DNA from: Terriglobales bacterium
GTDB lineage: Bacteria; Acidobacteriota; Terriglobia; Terriglobales; Acidobacteriaceae
Direction: 5' to 3'
Length of the DNA stretch: 64,000 nucleotides
Assembly: GCA_035561515.1 (NCBI GenBank)
Contig: DATMXP010000018.1
Span: forward strand, 104,681 to 168,680
Part shown: piece after piece, positions 7,882 through 17,596 of the stretch
Layout of the letters: each line of letters opens with the position of its first letter
Position numbering within the stretch: the first letter of the stretch is position 1
The notes under the pieces: model-generated
The model's database searches: none
The model's input: only the letters and a program-made list of their open reading frames with translations
What the model was told of the DNA's origin: nothing
Made by a program: the position numbers and the translations under genes

Positions 7882-10047
7882 CTACCGAACTAGCTCCACA
7901 AGTCTTGGATCTGCATCCTCCATACTCACCAGTGCCAGCAGACGGTTTGCTGACACAGCCCAGAACACGACGGTCTTCTGCTCTCCATCGGCCCGATCGG
8001 TGAGATTCATCACTCCACGGCCATCGTCGGAGGTAGTATAGGTTCCAGCCCAGTCCATCAGCTGAAACAATCCTCCGCCACGATCTACACTCAGGAAAAT
8101 CGTCGCACTTCCATCCGTGGCCAAGTTCACCAAGCCTATCTCCTGCTCGGGCTTGAACGTCCTGGGCGGTCCAGCGACCGATGCGGTATAGGTTCCTGCC
8201 AAACCGTAGCCGCCGAACGGCGCGACTGTTTGTGGTTCGAAGTAGCCAAAGGGCGTACCAAATATCTGCTCACGGATAAGGTAGCCCTCATTCACTCCTG
8301 TCAGATAGGCAACACCTACGTGCGGACGGTACAGATTTAAAGGAATACCCGGCAAAGATAGTGCTACACGGCCATTTGGCGACACGGAATACGTGCCGGA
8401 ATCGGTCGATCGCATGGTGACCACGATTCCAACGTCCTCCACCACTTCGGTGTTGTCCGATACTTCGGCCAACGATCCAGTTCCGTCAGGGCGAATGACG
8501 CCAATGGTAGCAAATGGGCTCCACCAGCTTCCCGCGTCATCACTATTCAAGTTGTAGATTACGGGTATATTCCACGAAGCGTTCGTGAATGTTCCCGCGT
8601 CATTCTGCCGCCGCGCCTCGCCGCGCAAGACGGGTATCAACCATGTGTTGGCATCCGACTGGACCAGCAACATCTTTGCGTTGGAGACAATGTAATAAGC
8701 AAAGTGAAATGTCTCCGGTGAGCTATCCGGACCTGGTGTTACGGTCAGCGCAACGGTGCCTCTTCCGGTGAGCGGATCAGGCAAAGTGAACATACCTGTC
8801 ATCGTTCCGGTCGTGAAGAAGCGCATTACGCTGCCTCCCCACGTGAAATCCATTTGACCGTTGCCTACGTTTCCTTCGGTGCCACATGTGAGCCTGCCGA
8901 GTGCGGCGATGTTCATGAACGTCAAGGCTAAAACTCGGTCGCCCTGTACGGAGGCCATGGAGAAGGCATTCGTATTTTGCCGAAGCATGTAGCCGGATTG
9001 AATCGCGATTGTGGACAGCGGGGGATGGTTGGATGGGCTCTGCCACAGGGCAGCCGAGTCACCGCCCGATGTCCCGGCAACCATAAAGGTCCACGTTCCG
9101 CTGGAGGCACGCAGGGTGATCGTTCCAATTCCATCACTCTCCGCGGTATAGTTGCCGGCAATTGGCTCCATTGCACCACCGGACGCTTTCACAGTCGCAT
9201 CCCAGATGCCCGAAACATTCCCATTGGCATCGATATCGATGTGACCGGCAATCGCCATTTCACCGCCACCCTCGTAGTCACCCGCAATCTCAGACGCGCG
9301 CCAACCTTGAATCAGGAAAGCGTACGCCCCCTGCAAACGGTACTGAGAAGCCGAACCCATAACCACGAGGGCTGCAGTGCCACTCTGATTCGGGTCCGTA
9401 ACGGAAGTCGCTTTCAGTGTGACTGTAGCAGGGGCAGGGGCGTTACTCGGGGCCTCATAGGTAACCGAAGTAGCAGTCGCGTTGGTGAGTGTACCGCATG
9501 TGCTACCGCTGCAGCCGGCGCCTGAAACACTCCAAGTTACCCCTTGATTCACCGGATCGTAGCTGACCACAGCAGTAAACGGACGGCCTTGATTCGCGGC
9601 CAGACGCACAACAGCGGCGGGCCAGATTGTCACGGAAACCGGCATTAGATTGAGGTACGTGGTTCCCATGATGCTGCTGTTGGATTGCGATGTTGCAGCT
9701 ATTCTAAAGTTGATGTTCTTGGACACAAACGATGGTGCCGTGTACAACCCGTCCGCAGTGATTGTCCCGCAGTTGTCCACACAATTGATCAAACTCCAAC
9801 TGAAAGTTGCGGCGGTCCCATCTGACATCGCCGCGGTGAACCTTTGTGTTTCACCCGCACCGAGGTTCGCCCCATCAGGGATGATCTTGACGGAAGCAGG
9901 TTGTACGGATGCACTTGTGCCGCCGGCGGGAGTGGGTACCGGCGTAGATGTAAACGACGTGACGGTCCTTGATTGGGTTCCACCACACCCGGTTAAGACC
10001 GCGGCGAGGCTCAATGCAAATACAAGCAATACGCTGGTTCCTCGCAT
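7882..10047 (-). CDS. Lipoprotein with bacterial Ig-like (Big_2-like) domains and a large uncharacterised C-terminal region
   Basis: Lipobox LAAVLTGCGG. Two Ig-like segments (IIPDGANLGAGETQRFTA...; TIWPAAVVRLAANQGRPFTAVV...VTLKATSVTD). SD AGGAG before the ATG. Confidence 0.6.
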   Translation of the reverse strand: MRGTSVLLVFALSLAAVLTGCGGTQSRTVTSFTSTPVPTPAGGTSASVQPASVKIIPDGANLGAGETQRFTAAMSDGTAATFSWSLINCVDNCGTITADGLYTAPSFVSKNINFRIAATSQSNSSIMGTTYLNLMPVSVTIWPAAVVRLAANQGRPFTAVVSYDPVNQGVTWSVSGAGCSGSTCGTLTNATATSVTYEAPSNAPAPATVTLKATSVTDPNQSGTAALVVMGSASQYRLQGAYAFLIQGWRASEIAGDYEGGGEMAIAGHIDIDANGNVSGIWDATVKASGGAMEPIAGNYTAESDGIGTITLRASSGTWTFMVAGTSGGDSAALWQSPSNHPPLSTIAIQSGYMLRQNTNAFSMASVQGDRVLALTFMNIAALGRLTCGTEGNVGNGQMDFTWGGSVMRFFTTGTMTGMFTLPDPLTGRGTVALTVTPGPDSSPETFHFAYYIVSNAKMLLVQSDANTWLIPVLRGEARRQNDAGTFTNASWNIPVIYNLNSDDAGSWWSPFATIGVIRPDGTGSLAEVSDNTEVVEDVGIVVTMRSTDSGTYSVSPNGRVALSLPGIPLNLYRPHVGVAYLTGVNEGYLIREQIFGTPFGYFEPQTVAPFGGYGLAGTYTASVAGPPRTFKPEQEIGLVNLATDGSATIFLSVDRGGGLFQLMDWAGTYTTSDDGRGVMNLTDRADGEQKTVVFWAVSANRLLALVSMEDADPRLVELVR

Positions 10048-10252
10048 GATGAACTCCTGAAGAGGCCGATTCTCATGCGCACATCTTGTGCTTACATGAA
10101 CCGAGTGTCATCTTGGTTCCATCTTGAACCTGCCATGCCGCTAAATTCGTTGATAATAAGCGATTTGCTCTTGACCGCCCCTCGGTAAGGGCCGATGCTG
10201 TTGGCATCGCGGTGCCCCGATCGGCTCGAGTTGACTCGTTCCCGGGTTGGGT

Positions 10253-12016
10253 ATGTCCGGTGAGACTTCGATCTCGTGTTCTACAACGGTCCGCTTCGGC
10301 GGATATGAAGTGGATACTGTAGTCGGTGAACTGCGAAAGAATGGCCTTCGCATTCATCTCCGGGGCCAGTCCTTTCAGGTACTCGCGGCTCTCCTCGAAC
10401 GTCCCGGCGAGATTGTTACCCGGGAGCAGTTACGAACCCGACTTTGGCGAGGTCAGGTCTTTGTCGATTTTGAGAATGACCTAAATGCGATCATCGCTCG
10501 GCTTCGACAAGTGCTGTGCGACAGGGCGGAACAGCCGCGTTTCATAGAAACTGTTCCCCGGCATGGATATCGATTCATCGCTGAGGTCTCATACACATCT
10601 GTATCTCACCAGGCATACCGCCCCCGTATCCTTGTGCTTCCCTTCGTCAACTTAAGCGGAGATCGTGATAAGGAATACCTGGTCGATGCAATCACAGACG
10701 AAGTCATCACCGCGTTGGCAAGTTCCTATGGCGACCAGTTCGCAGTGATCGCCCTTACTACATCCATGCGTTTCAAGGGTACCCGCAAGGATCTAACAGC
10801 GATTGGACACGAATTGAATGTTCAGTTCATTACCGAAGGAAGCGTCCGTTGGGTCGGAGATCTTATGGGCATTAACGTTCGGCTCATTCAATCCCAAGAT
10901 CAGACTCAACTCTTCGCGCGTAGATACGAGACCTATTTGTCAGAGATTTTCCAGATGCACGCCTCTATCGCGAACGATGTCGCGGCGTGTATTCCGTCCA
11001 CCGAGCGCAAAGAGCTCGCAAGGCCCTCTCTGCGTAAACCAACGGCAGACATGGGCGCTTACGATGAGTACATCAAGGGGCGACACAAGTTATGGAAGTA
11101 CACCGCGGAGTCTATGACAGAAGCTAAGCAGCACTTCGAGGCGGCATTGGCTCGCGATCCCTCGTTTGCGGCTGCCTGTAATGCTCTTGCTGAACTGTAC
11201 TGGTCTGTTGGATTCTGGGGGTATGTCCCACCCGAACAAACCGATCGCATGGGCCGATTTTACGCACTCCGAGCTTTGGAGATCGATCCCATGTCTGCGG
11301 AGTCCCATGTCTTGGTAAGCCTCTTTTCAAAGAAAATTGGAAATAGAACCGAGTACTACGATTGGCCCTCCATCCAAAACGACATTGCGCATGCTCGTTC
11401 CCTCAATCCAGCGTTGCGGATGGTTAGAGTCCGGCACGCGATGGTTCAGGCGATACTCGGATATCCGGACCTGGCAGCTGCGGAACTGGAGCGCGCGCTG
11501 GAGTCAGATCCCTTGTGCTTCGATGTACGCGCCTGGCTGACCATGATGCTGCACTTGGGTCGGCACTTTGATCAGGCACTTCAGCAAGGTTACCGGCTTC
11601 TGGATCTTGAACCCGAGCACTTTGCCTCACATCAGTTACTGGGTTACGTCTACCTAGGGATGAAGGACTTCCAGAAGAGTATCGATGCTTTCCAGAAAGC
11701 GGCTCAACTCTCGAACGACTTGCCGATATCGCTGGGACTGCTCGGATTGTCTTTGGGGCTATCCGGGCATAAGCGAGAGGCGAAGGCATTGCTTGAACAG
11801 TTACGTAATCGCACAAGCCGCGAATACATCAAGCCGACTTGTTTTGCCTTCCTTCATATCGGGCTCGGGAACACCGACGAAGCGTTTGTGTGGACGGAGA
11901 AAGCGATAGATGCCGCTGATCGCCACATGGAGCCTATCAAGACCTATCCTTTTCTCGATCCTTTGCGCTCCGATCCCCGCTTCACGGCTTTGCTGCGCAA
12001 AATGAATCTTTCCTGA
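10253..12016 (+). CDS. Winged-helix (OmpR/CadC-type) DNA-binding protein with a TolB-N-like segment and TPR repeats
   Basis: FGGYEVDTVVGELRKNG...LLERPGEIVTREQLRTRLW...VPRHGYRFIA (Trans_reg_C), PRILVLPFVNLSGD, and C-terminal TPR-like helices. ATG at 10253 is preferred over TTG at 10247. Confidence 0.7.
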   Translation: MSGETSISCSTTVRFGGYEVDTVVGELRKNGLRIHLRGQSFQVLAALLERPGEIVTREQLRTRLWRGQVFVDFENDLNAIIARLRQVLCDRAEQPRFIETVPRHGYRFIAEVSYTSVSHQAYRPRILVLPFVNLSGDRDKEYLVDAITDEVITALASSYGDQFAVIALTTSMRFKGTRKDLTAIGHELNVQFITEGSVRWVGDLMGINVRLIQSQDQTQLFARRYETYLSEIFQMHASIANDVAACIPSTERKELARPSLRKPTADMGAYDEYIKGRHKLWKYTAESMTEAKQHFEAALARDPSFAAACNALAELYWSVGFWGYVPPEQTDRMGRFYALRALEIDPMSAESHVLVSLFSKKIGNRTEYYDWPSIQNDIAHARSLNPALRMVRVRHAMVQAILGYPDLAAAELERALESDPLCFDVRAWLTMMLHLGRHFDQALQQGYRLLDLEPEHFASHQLLGYVYLGMKDFQKSIDAFQKAAQLSNDLPISLGLLGLSLGLSGHKREAKALLEQLRNRTSREYIKPTCFAFLHIGLGNTDEAFVWTEKAIDAADRHMEPIKTYPFLDPLRSDPRFTALLRKMNLS

Positions 12017-12115
12017 CCCATCGACGCTCCTACCTGGCCTTTGGCAGATATCGCCCATTTCTGCGATGATGTTCACTAGACCAGTGGTACTAATTCAACC
12101 TTCGAGCGTGATTTC

Positions 12116-12823
12116 ATGACCACCTCCGCCACTCGACCTCTTGTTGGAGAACCCGTCGATCCCTCCTCCGCCCCTCGGCCGCGCCGCGTAACCTTCGAGG
12201 GCCGGACCATCCGGCTGGTTCCGCTTGTTGCGCACGAACACCTCGACGACCTTTGGGCCGCCACCGGAGGCCCGCAGAACGAGCATCTCTGGACCTACAT
12301 GTTCGAACATCCCTTCCAGAACCGCTCCTCCTTCGAAGCCAACCTCCAGCGCCAGGAAGAGTCCAACGATCCGCTCTACTACACCATCATTGACAAGCCT
12401 TCTGGCGACGCCGTCGGTTGGGCCGCCTACATGCGCATGAAGCCCCTGCATCGCGTCATCGAGGTGGGCAGCATCATGTACTCGCCGCGTATCCAGCACA
12501 CCGTCGGCGCCACCGAAGCCATGTACATCATGGCCAAGCACGCTTTCGAGGACATGAATTATCGCCGGTACGAATGGAAGTGCGACGCTCTCAACATGCC
12601 TTCGCGCCGCGCCGCTCTGCGCCTCGGCTTCACCTACGAAGGACTCTTCCGCCAGCACATGGTCGTGAAAGGGCGCAATCGCGACACCGCCTGGTATTCC
12701 ATGCTCGACTCGGAATGGCCTGCCCGCAAACGCGCCTTCGAGCAGTGGCTCGATCCCGCCAACTTCGACGCCAACGGGAAGCAGCGCATGCCGCTGTCAG
12801 AGCTTAACCGCATCAACCGCTGA
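12116..12823 (+). CDS. GNAT-family N-acetyltransferase (RimJ/RimL-like)
   Basis: Size and pattern fit: RTIRLVPL...HLDDLW, IEVGSIMYSP, YRRYEWKCDALNMPSRRAALRLGFTYEG. Confidence 0.7.
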   Translation: MTTSATRPLVGEPVDPSSAPRPRRVTFEGRTIRLVPLVAHEHLDDLWAATGGPQNEHLWTYMFEHPFQNRSSFEANLQRQEESNDPLYYTIIDKPSGDAVGWAAYMRMKPLHRVIEVGSIMYSPRIQHTVGATEAMYIMAKHAFEDMNYRRYEWKCDALNMPSRRAALRLGFTYEGLFRQHMVVKGRNRDTAWYSMLDSEWPARKRAFEQWLDPANFDANGKQRMPLSELNRINR

Positions 12824-12832
12824 ATTTGCGAT

Positions 12833-12867
12833 GCCCCACATCCGCCTTGGTTTGGCAGATGTGGGGC
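12833..12867. terminator. Hairpin between convergent genes (10-bp stem GCCCCACATC/GATGTGGGGC)
   Basis: Perfect inverted repeat in the 62-nt gap between the GNAT (+) and C13 peptidase (-) genes. No strong T-run. Confidence 0.4.
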
Positions 12868-12885
12868 CGAATCGCATTGCGCGAT

Positions 12886-14250
12886 CTACAAAATAGCGTT
12901 CACCGCTAACTTGCCGTCCGTTCCAGTCGCCGTCGGGGTATTCGTACCGACGCCATCCCCGTTGTCTTCTAGCCAGGGCGTCTCGCAATCTGTGTCCTTA
13001 CTCTTCGCATACAAAAAAGCTTCGAGAATGGATACATTGCCGTCCCCATTCGTATCGGGATTCGTCGTCAAGGCTGTGCCGGCATCGTCTGCGTTGTTCA
13101 GCGCGGAAGTGAAGTGGTACGAAAACGTGTCGTACTTGTAATCCGGATCCATCGCCCAGGAATACTGGGCATCGGTCGCAGCCGAAATCAGAATCCGGTT
13201 GTGGCCTCTCAAGTCGCGCAGAAACCCGCCGCTGAAGCATTGCTCAAAAAGTGCCACCATTTTGCCGAAGCTTAGGCTGTTAATCGTGTTTACGAAATCA
13301 TCATCGAACACGTCGTTTGAAGTCTGGTTGTAATAGTAGGTCGCTTCATCCCACGCATTCGCATTGATTTCGTCTCCTGGAATCACATCGGCTCTGCCGC
13401 CGCGGTTGGCCGGCGTTTCTCCGCAACTGCTGTCGTGGTAGCCGCCACCGTGATTCGTGACGAAGATGAAGAGATCATCCTTCACCGTCATCTTCGATCT
13501 CAGATACTTGATGGCATCGTTGAATCCGGCCGGAGACGCAGCATAATCCACCGTGATATCGCTGTCTTCGCCCGTGCCGCCCTTATACACGACAACAATG
13601 TTGTCATCGCTGAAGCCGTACTTGCTTCGCAGCGTCAGGTACATGAACTTCAAATCGTTCCAGTAGCGCGTGTACGCCTTCACCGCGTTCACTCCGCCGC
13701 TGTAGAGCAGCGCGTATTTGTTATGCAGAAACGGTGGTTTATGGCACAACTGCGGGTACCTCACGCAAATGGGCACAATCCGCGATTCAAAAGGACGTTC
13801 GGGCTTTTTGATGATCTTGGGCGGCGTCGGCAATTCCAGCACCGGCGTCGTCTTCCCCTTCACCACCGTTCTGTCTACCGCCAGGCGTCCCGTCGCACGA
13901 ACCAGCGAACCCTGGGCTTTCATATCGCGTAGTTGGACCGCGCCTGTCCCCCTGATCAGAATGTATACAGACTCCGGCATCGGCGTATTGATCCGGAAAT
14001 ACTTCATGTCCTTCACCAGCATCGGCACCGGATCATCCACGAAGTAGCCCTCCACCACGTATTGCTGCCGAAGGGTTGTTGCAGTCGCCTTTCTTAGGTC
14101 GATCGCTTTCAATCTCTCGATACTCGTCACTTGCGCCTTTACTTCGGGCCGCGGCGTGTCCTGGGCGAATGCACTTCCCAACGCCACAAGCATGAGAAGC
14201 ACCAACACCAAGATGCCACCCAATCCAGATGATCCCTTGAGCCTCTTCAT
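12886..14250 (-). CDS. Secreted peptidase C13 (legumain-like) family protein with a C-terminal dockerin/EF-hand-like Ca-binding repeat
   Basis: Signal peptide MKRLKGSSGLGGILVLVLLMLVALGSAFA after SD GGAGGAG. His-Gly FVTNHGGG and Cys EQCFSGGF. DTNGDGNVSILEAF and EDNGDGVGT loops. Confidence 0.6.
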   Translation of the reverse strand: MKRLKGSSGLGGILVLVLLMLVALGSAFAQDTPRPEVKAQVTSIERLKAIDLRKATATTLRQQYVVEGYFVDDPVPMLVKDMKYFRINTPMPESVYILIRGTGAVQLRDMKAQGSLVRATGRLAVDRTVVKGKTTPVLELPTPPKIIKKPERPFESRIVPICVRYPQLCHKPPFLHNKYALLYSGGVNAVKAYTRYWNDLKFMYLTLRSKYGFSDDNIVVVYKGGTGEDSDITVDYAASPAGFNDAIKYLRSKMTVKDDLFIFVTNHGGGYHDSSCGETPANRGGRADVIPGDEINANAWDEATYYYNQTSNDVFDDDFVNTINSLSFGKMVALFEQCFSGGFLRDLRGHNRILISAATDAQYSWAMDPDYKYDTFSYHFTSALNNADDAGTALTTNPDTNGDGNVSILEAFLYAKSKDTDCETPWLEDNGDGVGTNTPTATGTDGKLAVNAIL

Positions 14251-14438
14251 AAACTCCTCCCGGCCATGACTTCTGGTCTGATGAAGCCCGAACACCTCTG
14301 CGTTCGGGTCGGATTTTCCCCTCATCTCCCGTCGCCACCTTTCGAACCCTCACTAAGTGGTGCAATTCGCTGATCAATCGTGACGTACCAAAATGGAACT
14401 GGCGCTCCCTCCGATCCGCAACGCATCGAATTTTGCCC

Positions 14439-14484
14439 TTGACAACCTATACTGTGTTACATACAGTATGTTTCATACAGTATG
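14439..14484 (+). promoter_or_regulatory. Sigma70-like promoter (TTGACA-17-TACAGT) overlapped by a palindromic PadR-type operator
   Basis: TTGACA at 14439-14444 and TACAGT at 14462-14467. Palindrome ATACTGT-N7-ACAGTAT at 14449-14469. Direct repeat CATACAGTATG at 14460-14470 and 14474-14484, the latter including the padR ATG. Confidence 0.5.
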
Positions 14485-14829
14485 CGTGACACAGTAGAAA
14501 CCGCCATGAACCAGGAAGTACTCGACAATCTCCGTCTTGAGCTTCGTCGGGGATGTCTCATCCTGGCCGTCCTGGCGGAACTTCGCACCGAACGCTACGG
14601 CTACACGTTGCGCAAGGCCCTCGCGGAGCAGGGAATGGAAATCGACGAAGGCACTCTCTACCCGCTGCTGCGCCGGCTGGAAAGCCAGGGACTACTCGTT
14701 AGCGAGTGGCGTGAAGAGGACAAGCGAAACAAGCGGTTTTACCGCCTTTCCGCCGACGGCAAGGTAATCCTCAAGCAGCTCGCCGCCGAATGGAAGACCA
14801 TCAGCGCATCGCTCGACGGCATTCTTTAG
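14482..14829 (+). CDS. PadR family transcriptional regulator
   Basis: GYTLRKALAEQGMEIDEGTLYPLLRRLESQGLLVSEW...KRFYRLSADG is a canonical PadR wHTH. Confidence 0.85.
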   Translation: MRDTVETAMNQEVLDNLRLELRRGCLILAVLAELRTERYGYTLRKALAEQGMEIDEGTLYPLLRRLESQGLLVSEWREEDKRNKRFYRLSADGKVILKQLAAEWKTISASLDGIL

Positions 14830-14865
14830 CCCGCGAACCGCGCTTGAAAGTGATTGGAGTTGGTT

Positions 14866-15840
14866 ATGGATATGATCGAGCGTTACCTCCAGGCTGTGAA
14901 GTTCGCACTTCCCGAAGCGCAGCGCGACGACATCGTGAAGGAACTGCGCGACAGCATCTTGTCGCAGGTCGAGGAGCAGGAAGGCAGCCTCGGCCGCCCG
15001 TTGACGGAAGGCGAAACAGCCGAATTGCTGAAGCGACTGGGCAGCCCGTTCCAGTTGGCGAGCCGCTATCGCAAGCAGCAGTTCCTGGTCAGTCCCACCC
15101 TGTTTCCCATCTACTGGAAGGTTTTGAAGGCGGCGCTCGGCATCGCTCTTCTCGTCTCGGCAGCGGGATGCATCGCCATCGCCGCGGCAGGGAAGCCAAT
15201 CTGGGAAAGTCTCCGTGGATTGCTTCAGTTTCCGAACCTGGCTATCACCGTCTTTGCCTGGGTCACTCTCGTATTCGTCGGCATGGAATTCTTTGGCGCA
15301 AAGTTCCAATGCACCGAACGCTGGGATCCCCGCGCCTTGCCGCCCCTCGTCAAGGATGCCCCTCGTAAATCGCGCTTCGAGCTGATTGCCGAGCTTCTAA
15401 TTGAACTCGTGCTCGGTGTGTGGTGGCTGACCGGATTGCATTACAACTACCTGATCATGGGACCCGGCGCGAACTACCTGAATTTCGGTCCCGTGTGGCT
15501 CCAGCTCTATCCGTTGTTCGTCGCCTTGGTTTGCATCGACGTCGGCTTCACCGCGGCTCAACTCTATCGTCCGCAATGGACCAGCGGAGCTCGTATCTCC
15601 GTCGTCGTCAAGGGCGCAGTTGGACTCGTCGTGCTCTACTTCCTGCTCAACGCGCCGGATCTCATGGTCCCCGTCAATCCCACTGCGCAATGGCAGAACC
15701 TCGTACACAACCTCAATCGGGCGCTGCATCTCGGATTGACGGTCGCTTTCATCGTGATCGTGGTGAACATCGGCATCAGCCTCGTCAAACTGATTGGCAA
15801 GCGCATTGGACGAGCCCATCAAGCCATCGTCGGATCGTAA
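14866..15840 (+). CDS. Membrane protein with an N-terminal HAAS/DUF1700-like domain (PadR partner)
   Basis: MIERYLQAVKFALPEAQRDDIVKELRDSI... is followed by about 6 hydrophobic helices. GGAG lies 6 nt before ATG 14866. Confidence 0.6.
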   Translation: MDMIERYLQAVKFALPEAQRDDIVKELRDSILSQVEEQEGSLGRPLTEGETAELLKRLGSPFQLASRYRKQQFLVSPTLFPIYWKVLKAALGIALLVSAAGCIAIAAAGKPIWESLRGLLQFPNLAITVFAWVTLVFVGMEFFGAKFQCTERWDPRALPPLVKDAPRKSRFELIAELLIELVLGVWWLTGLHYNYLIMGPGANYLNFGPVWLQLYPLFVALVCIDVGFTAAQLYRPQWTSGARISVVVKGAVGLVVLYFLLNAPDLMVPVNPTAQWQNLVHNLNRALHLGLTVAFIVIVVNIGISLVKLIGKRIGRAHQAIVGS

Positions 15841-15886
15841 GCTTAAATTCCTCCTACGGCGATCCAGATGCTTGGGTCAGCCCTCA

Positions 15887-15916
15887 CCCTCGGGTCCGCC
15901 CGAGGGTATTTTTTTA
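15887..15916 (+). terminator. Rho-independent terminator
   Basis: CCCTCGGG-tccg-CCCGAGGG followed by TATTTTTTT. The 20-nt hairpin is identical to the one at 7839-7858. Confidence 0.7.
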
Positions 15917-16044
15917 TCCGGTGAGATCGAACCCAAGTGGCTGCTCGAGCTGTGCCCAGAGGCTTGGATTTATTCCGCACGCTTGATACCTAAACTAACG
16001 CTTCACGACCAAATACTAACGACTAACAACTAACGACTGGTTTT

Positions 16045-16698
16045 CTACCACTTCAACCCCAGCGCCCCACTAAAGAACCGTCCCAGCGGCGACATCTTCC
16101 GGCACGCATCCGTGAAGTCGCGCATGAAGTTCGGACCGCATACCTGCTTTTCGGTAAACTCCACCGCAGTTCCCAGGTCTCGAAGCTTCAGGTCTTCCAC
16201 AAACTCATGATCAGCCGCGAAGCCTCGCGGAGGCCTGCTCAGCTTACCCGCATCGTCCCAGTTCAGCAGATGCCGAATCTTCCTCCACTCATCCGCTCGT
16301 TCCACCATCGCCGTTCTCACCCTTAGCAGGACCGGAGGCTCCGGATGCCACAGCCCCGACGCCGCAAAACATCCCTCCGGTTCCAGGTGCAGGTAGAACC
16401 CCGGAGAGTGGACGTCCTTTCCAGCATGCGAAAACCTCATGGCCGCATGCGTCTTGTATGGCTTCTTGTCGTGCGAGAACCGTGTGTCCCGATAGATGCG
16501 GAATAGTGACCTTTTCGGGTCCGACGTCAGATACGGCGAGATCTCATAAAGAGGCCCGCCGAAATCAGCCACGAACTGCAAACACGGCTGCCGCACTAGC
16601 TTCTCGTACTCGTCTTTGTGTTTCTGAAACCACTCGCGCCGGTTGTTTCGCTTTAACCGTTTAAGAAAATCGAATAGCTCAGGAGTGAAATATCGCAT
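16045..16698 (-). CDS. DUF2461 (TIGR02453) family protein
   Basis: MRYFTPELFDFLKRLKRNNRREWFQKHKDEYE...FRIYRDTRFSHDKKPYKTH. I chose the start at the internal ATG; the longer ORF extension overlaps the divergent gene. Confidence 0.75.
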   Translation of the reverse strand: MRYFTPELFDFLKRLKRNNRREWFQKHKDEYEKLVRQPCLQFVADFGGPLYEISPYLTSDPKRSLFRIYRDTRFSHDKKPYKTHAAMRFSHAGKDVHSPGFYLHLEPEGCFAASGLWHPEPPVLLRVRTAMVERADEWRKIRHLLNWDDAGKLSRPPRGFAADHEFVEDLKLRDLGTAVEFTEKQVCGPNFMRDFTDACRKMSPLGRFFSGALGLKW

Positions 16699-16816
16699 CG
16701 GTTGAATTCTATACTCCCGAACTCGTGATAAACCCTTGAACCGCCGCCGATTCCGGAGCAACATAAGCCCAAACAGCAGTCGGGCCGAGACCACTCTTTC
16801 CTGAGAGGAGCCCGCT

Positions 16817-17212
16817 ATGTTTCGCAGACTTGCTTCCATTCTGATCGCGCTGATCATCCTTTCTCCATTTCTGATTGCTGAAGAAGCAGCCCTCCCGGAT
16901 GCTCCCTCGGCAACTCAGGCAAAAGTCAAAGGCGACCTCGCGAAGTTCGCAACCGAACAGAAGAAAGTAACCGTCAATCTCAACGACACTTCCAAAGTCA
17001 CAGGCAAGGTGCAAAACGTCGGCGAAGAGAATTTCGTGATCCTCGATTCCAAGACCGGACAGGCCTCGACCATCAACTTCACCGATGTTGCAGGTGTTAA
17101 GAAATCCGGTATGAGCAAGGCCACGAAAGTACTGCTGGGTGTGGGAATCGCCGTTGGCGCTTCATTCGCAATTGTCGGCATCCAGTGCGCTACCGGGTCG
17201 ATAAGCTGCTGA
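16817..17212 (+). CDS. Small exported protein with a C-terminal membrane anchor, function unknown
   Basis: SD GAGAGGAG, signal peptide MFRRLASILIALIILSPFLIA, and C-terminal helix VLLGVGIAVGASFAIVGI. Confidence 0.5.
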   Translation: MFRRLASILIALIILSPFLIAEEAALPDAPSATQAKVKGDLAKFATEQKKVTVNLNDTSKVTGKVQNVGEENFVILDSKTGQASTINFTDVAGVKKSGMSKATKVLLGVGIAVGASFAIVGIQCATGSISC

Positions 17213-17374
17213 GTCTGCAAGTGCGGTTCACGCTTTTCCCGTTCCGGGAAAACCGTTGTCAAGGGGGTCGGAGCCATTCTGGAAACGTAAGTCGCTGATT
17301 TAACGGCAAATATAAATTTCAAGAACGTGGCATGTTGCCCCCGCTCATCTTGCTAATCTGAAACTAGAGTAGAG

Positions 17375-17410
17375 AAAAGGCGATCGCCCCGGCGGTCGCC
17401 TTTTTGTTTG
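17375..17410 (+). terminator. Rho-independent terminator 165 nt downstream of the nearest stop codon
   Basis: AAAAGGCGAUCGCC-CCGG-CGGUCGCC followed by TTTTTGTTTG. Confidence 0.65.
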
Positions 17411-17450
17411 TCATCACGAACCGAAGGGAGGGATATGCGCTTTGTTATTT

Positions 17451-17596
17451 GTCATTCCGAGCCGCAGGCGAGGAATCCCTCCCGCAAATACAGAATTGCG
17501 GGCGAACTAAGTCTTACTGACAACCGAACCGACAACCGATGACCGGTGCTAAGTTCCTCATTCCGCCGACTTTGCCCGCAAAGCCTCTGGAATGAC
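17451..17596. repeat. REP/MITE-like palindromic element (GTCATTCCGAG...GAGGAATCC type)
   Basis: Terminal imperfect inverted repeat GTCATTCCGAG (17451) / CTGGAATGAC (17587). Internal hairpin CCCGC-N12-GCGGG. Short tandem motif CAACCGAACCGACAACCGATGACCG. Confidence 0.4.

Noticed and set aside
16699-16857. N-terminal 53-aa extension of the DUF2461 ORF
   Set aside because: Homology starts at MRYFTPELF. The extension overlaps the divergent gene start and its SD, and looks non-protein-like.
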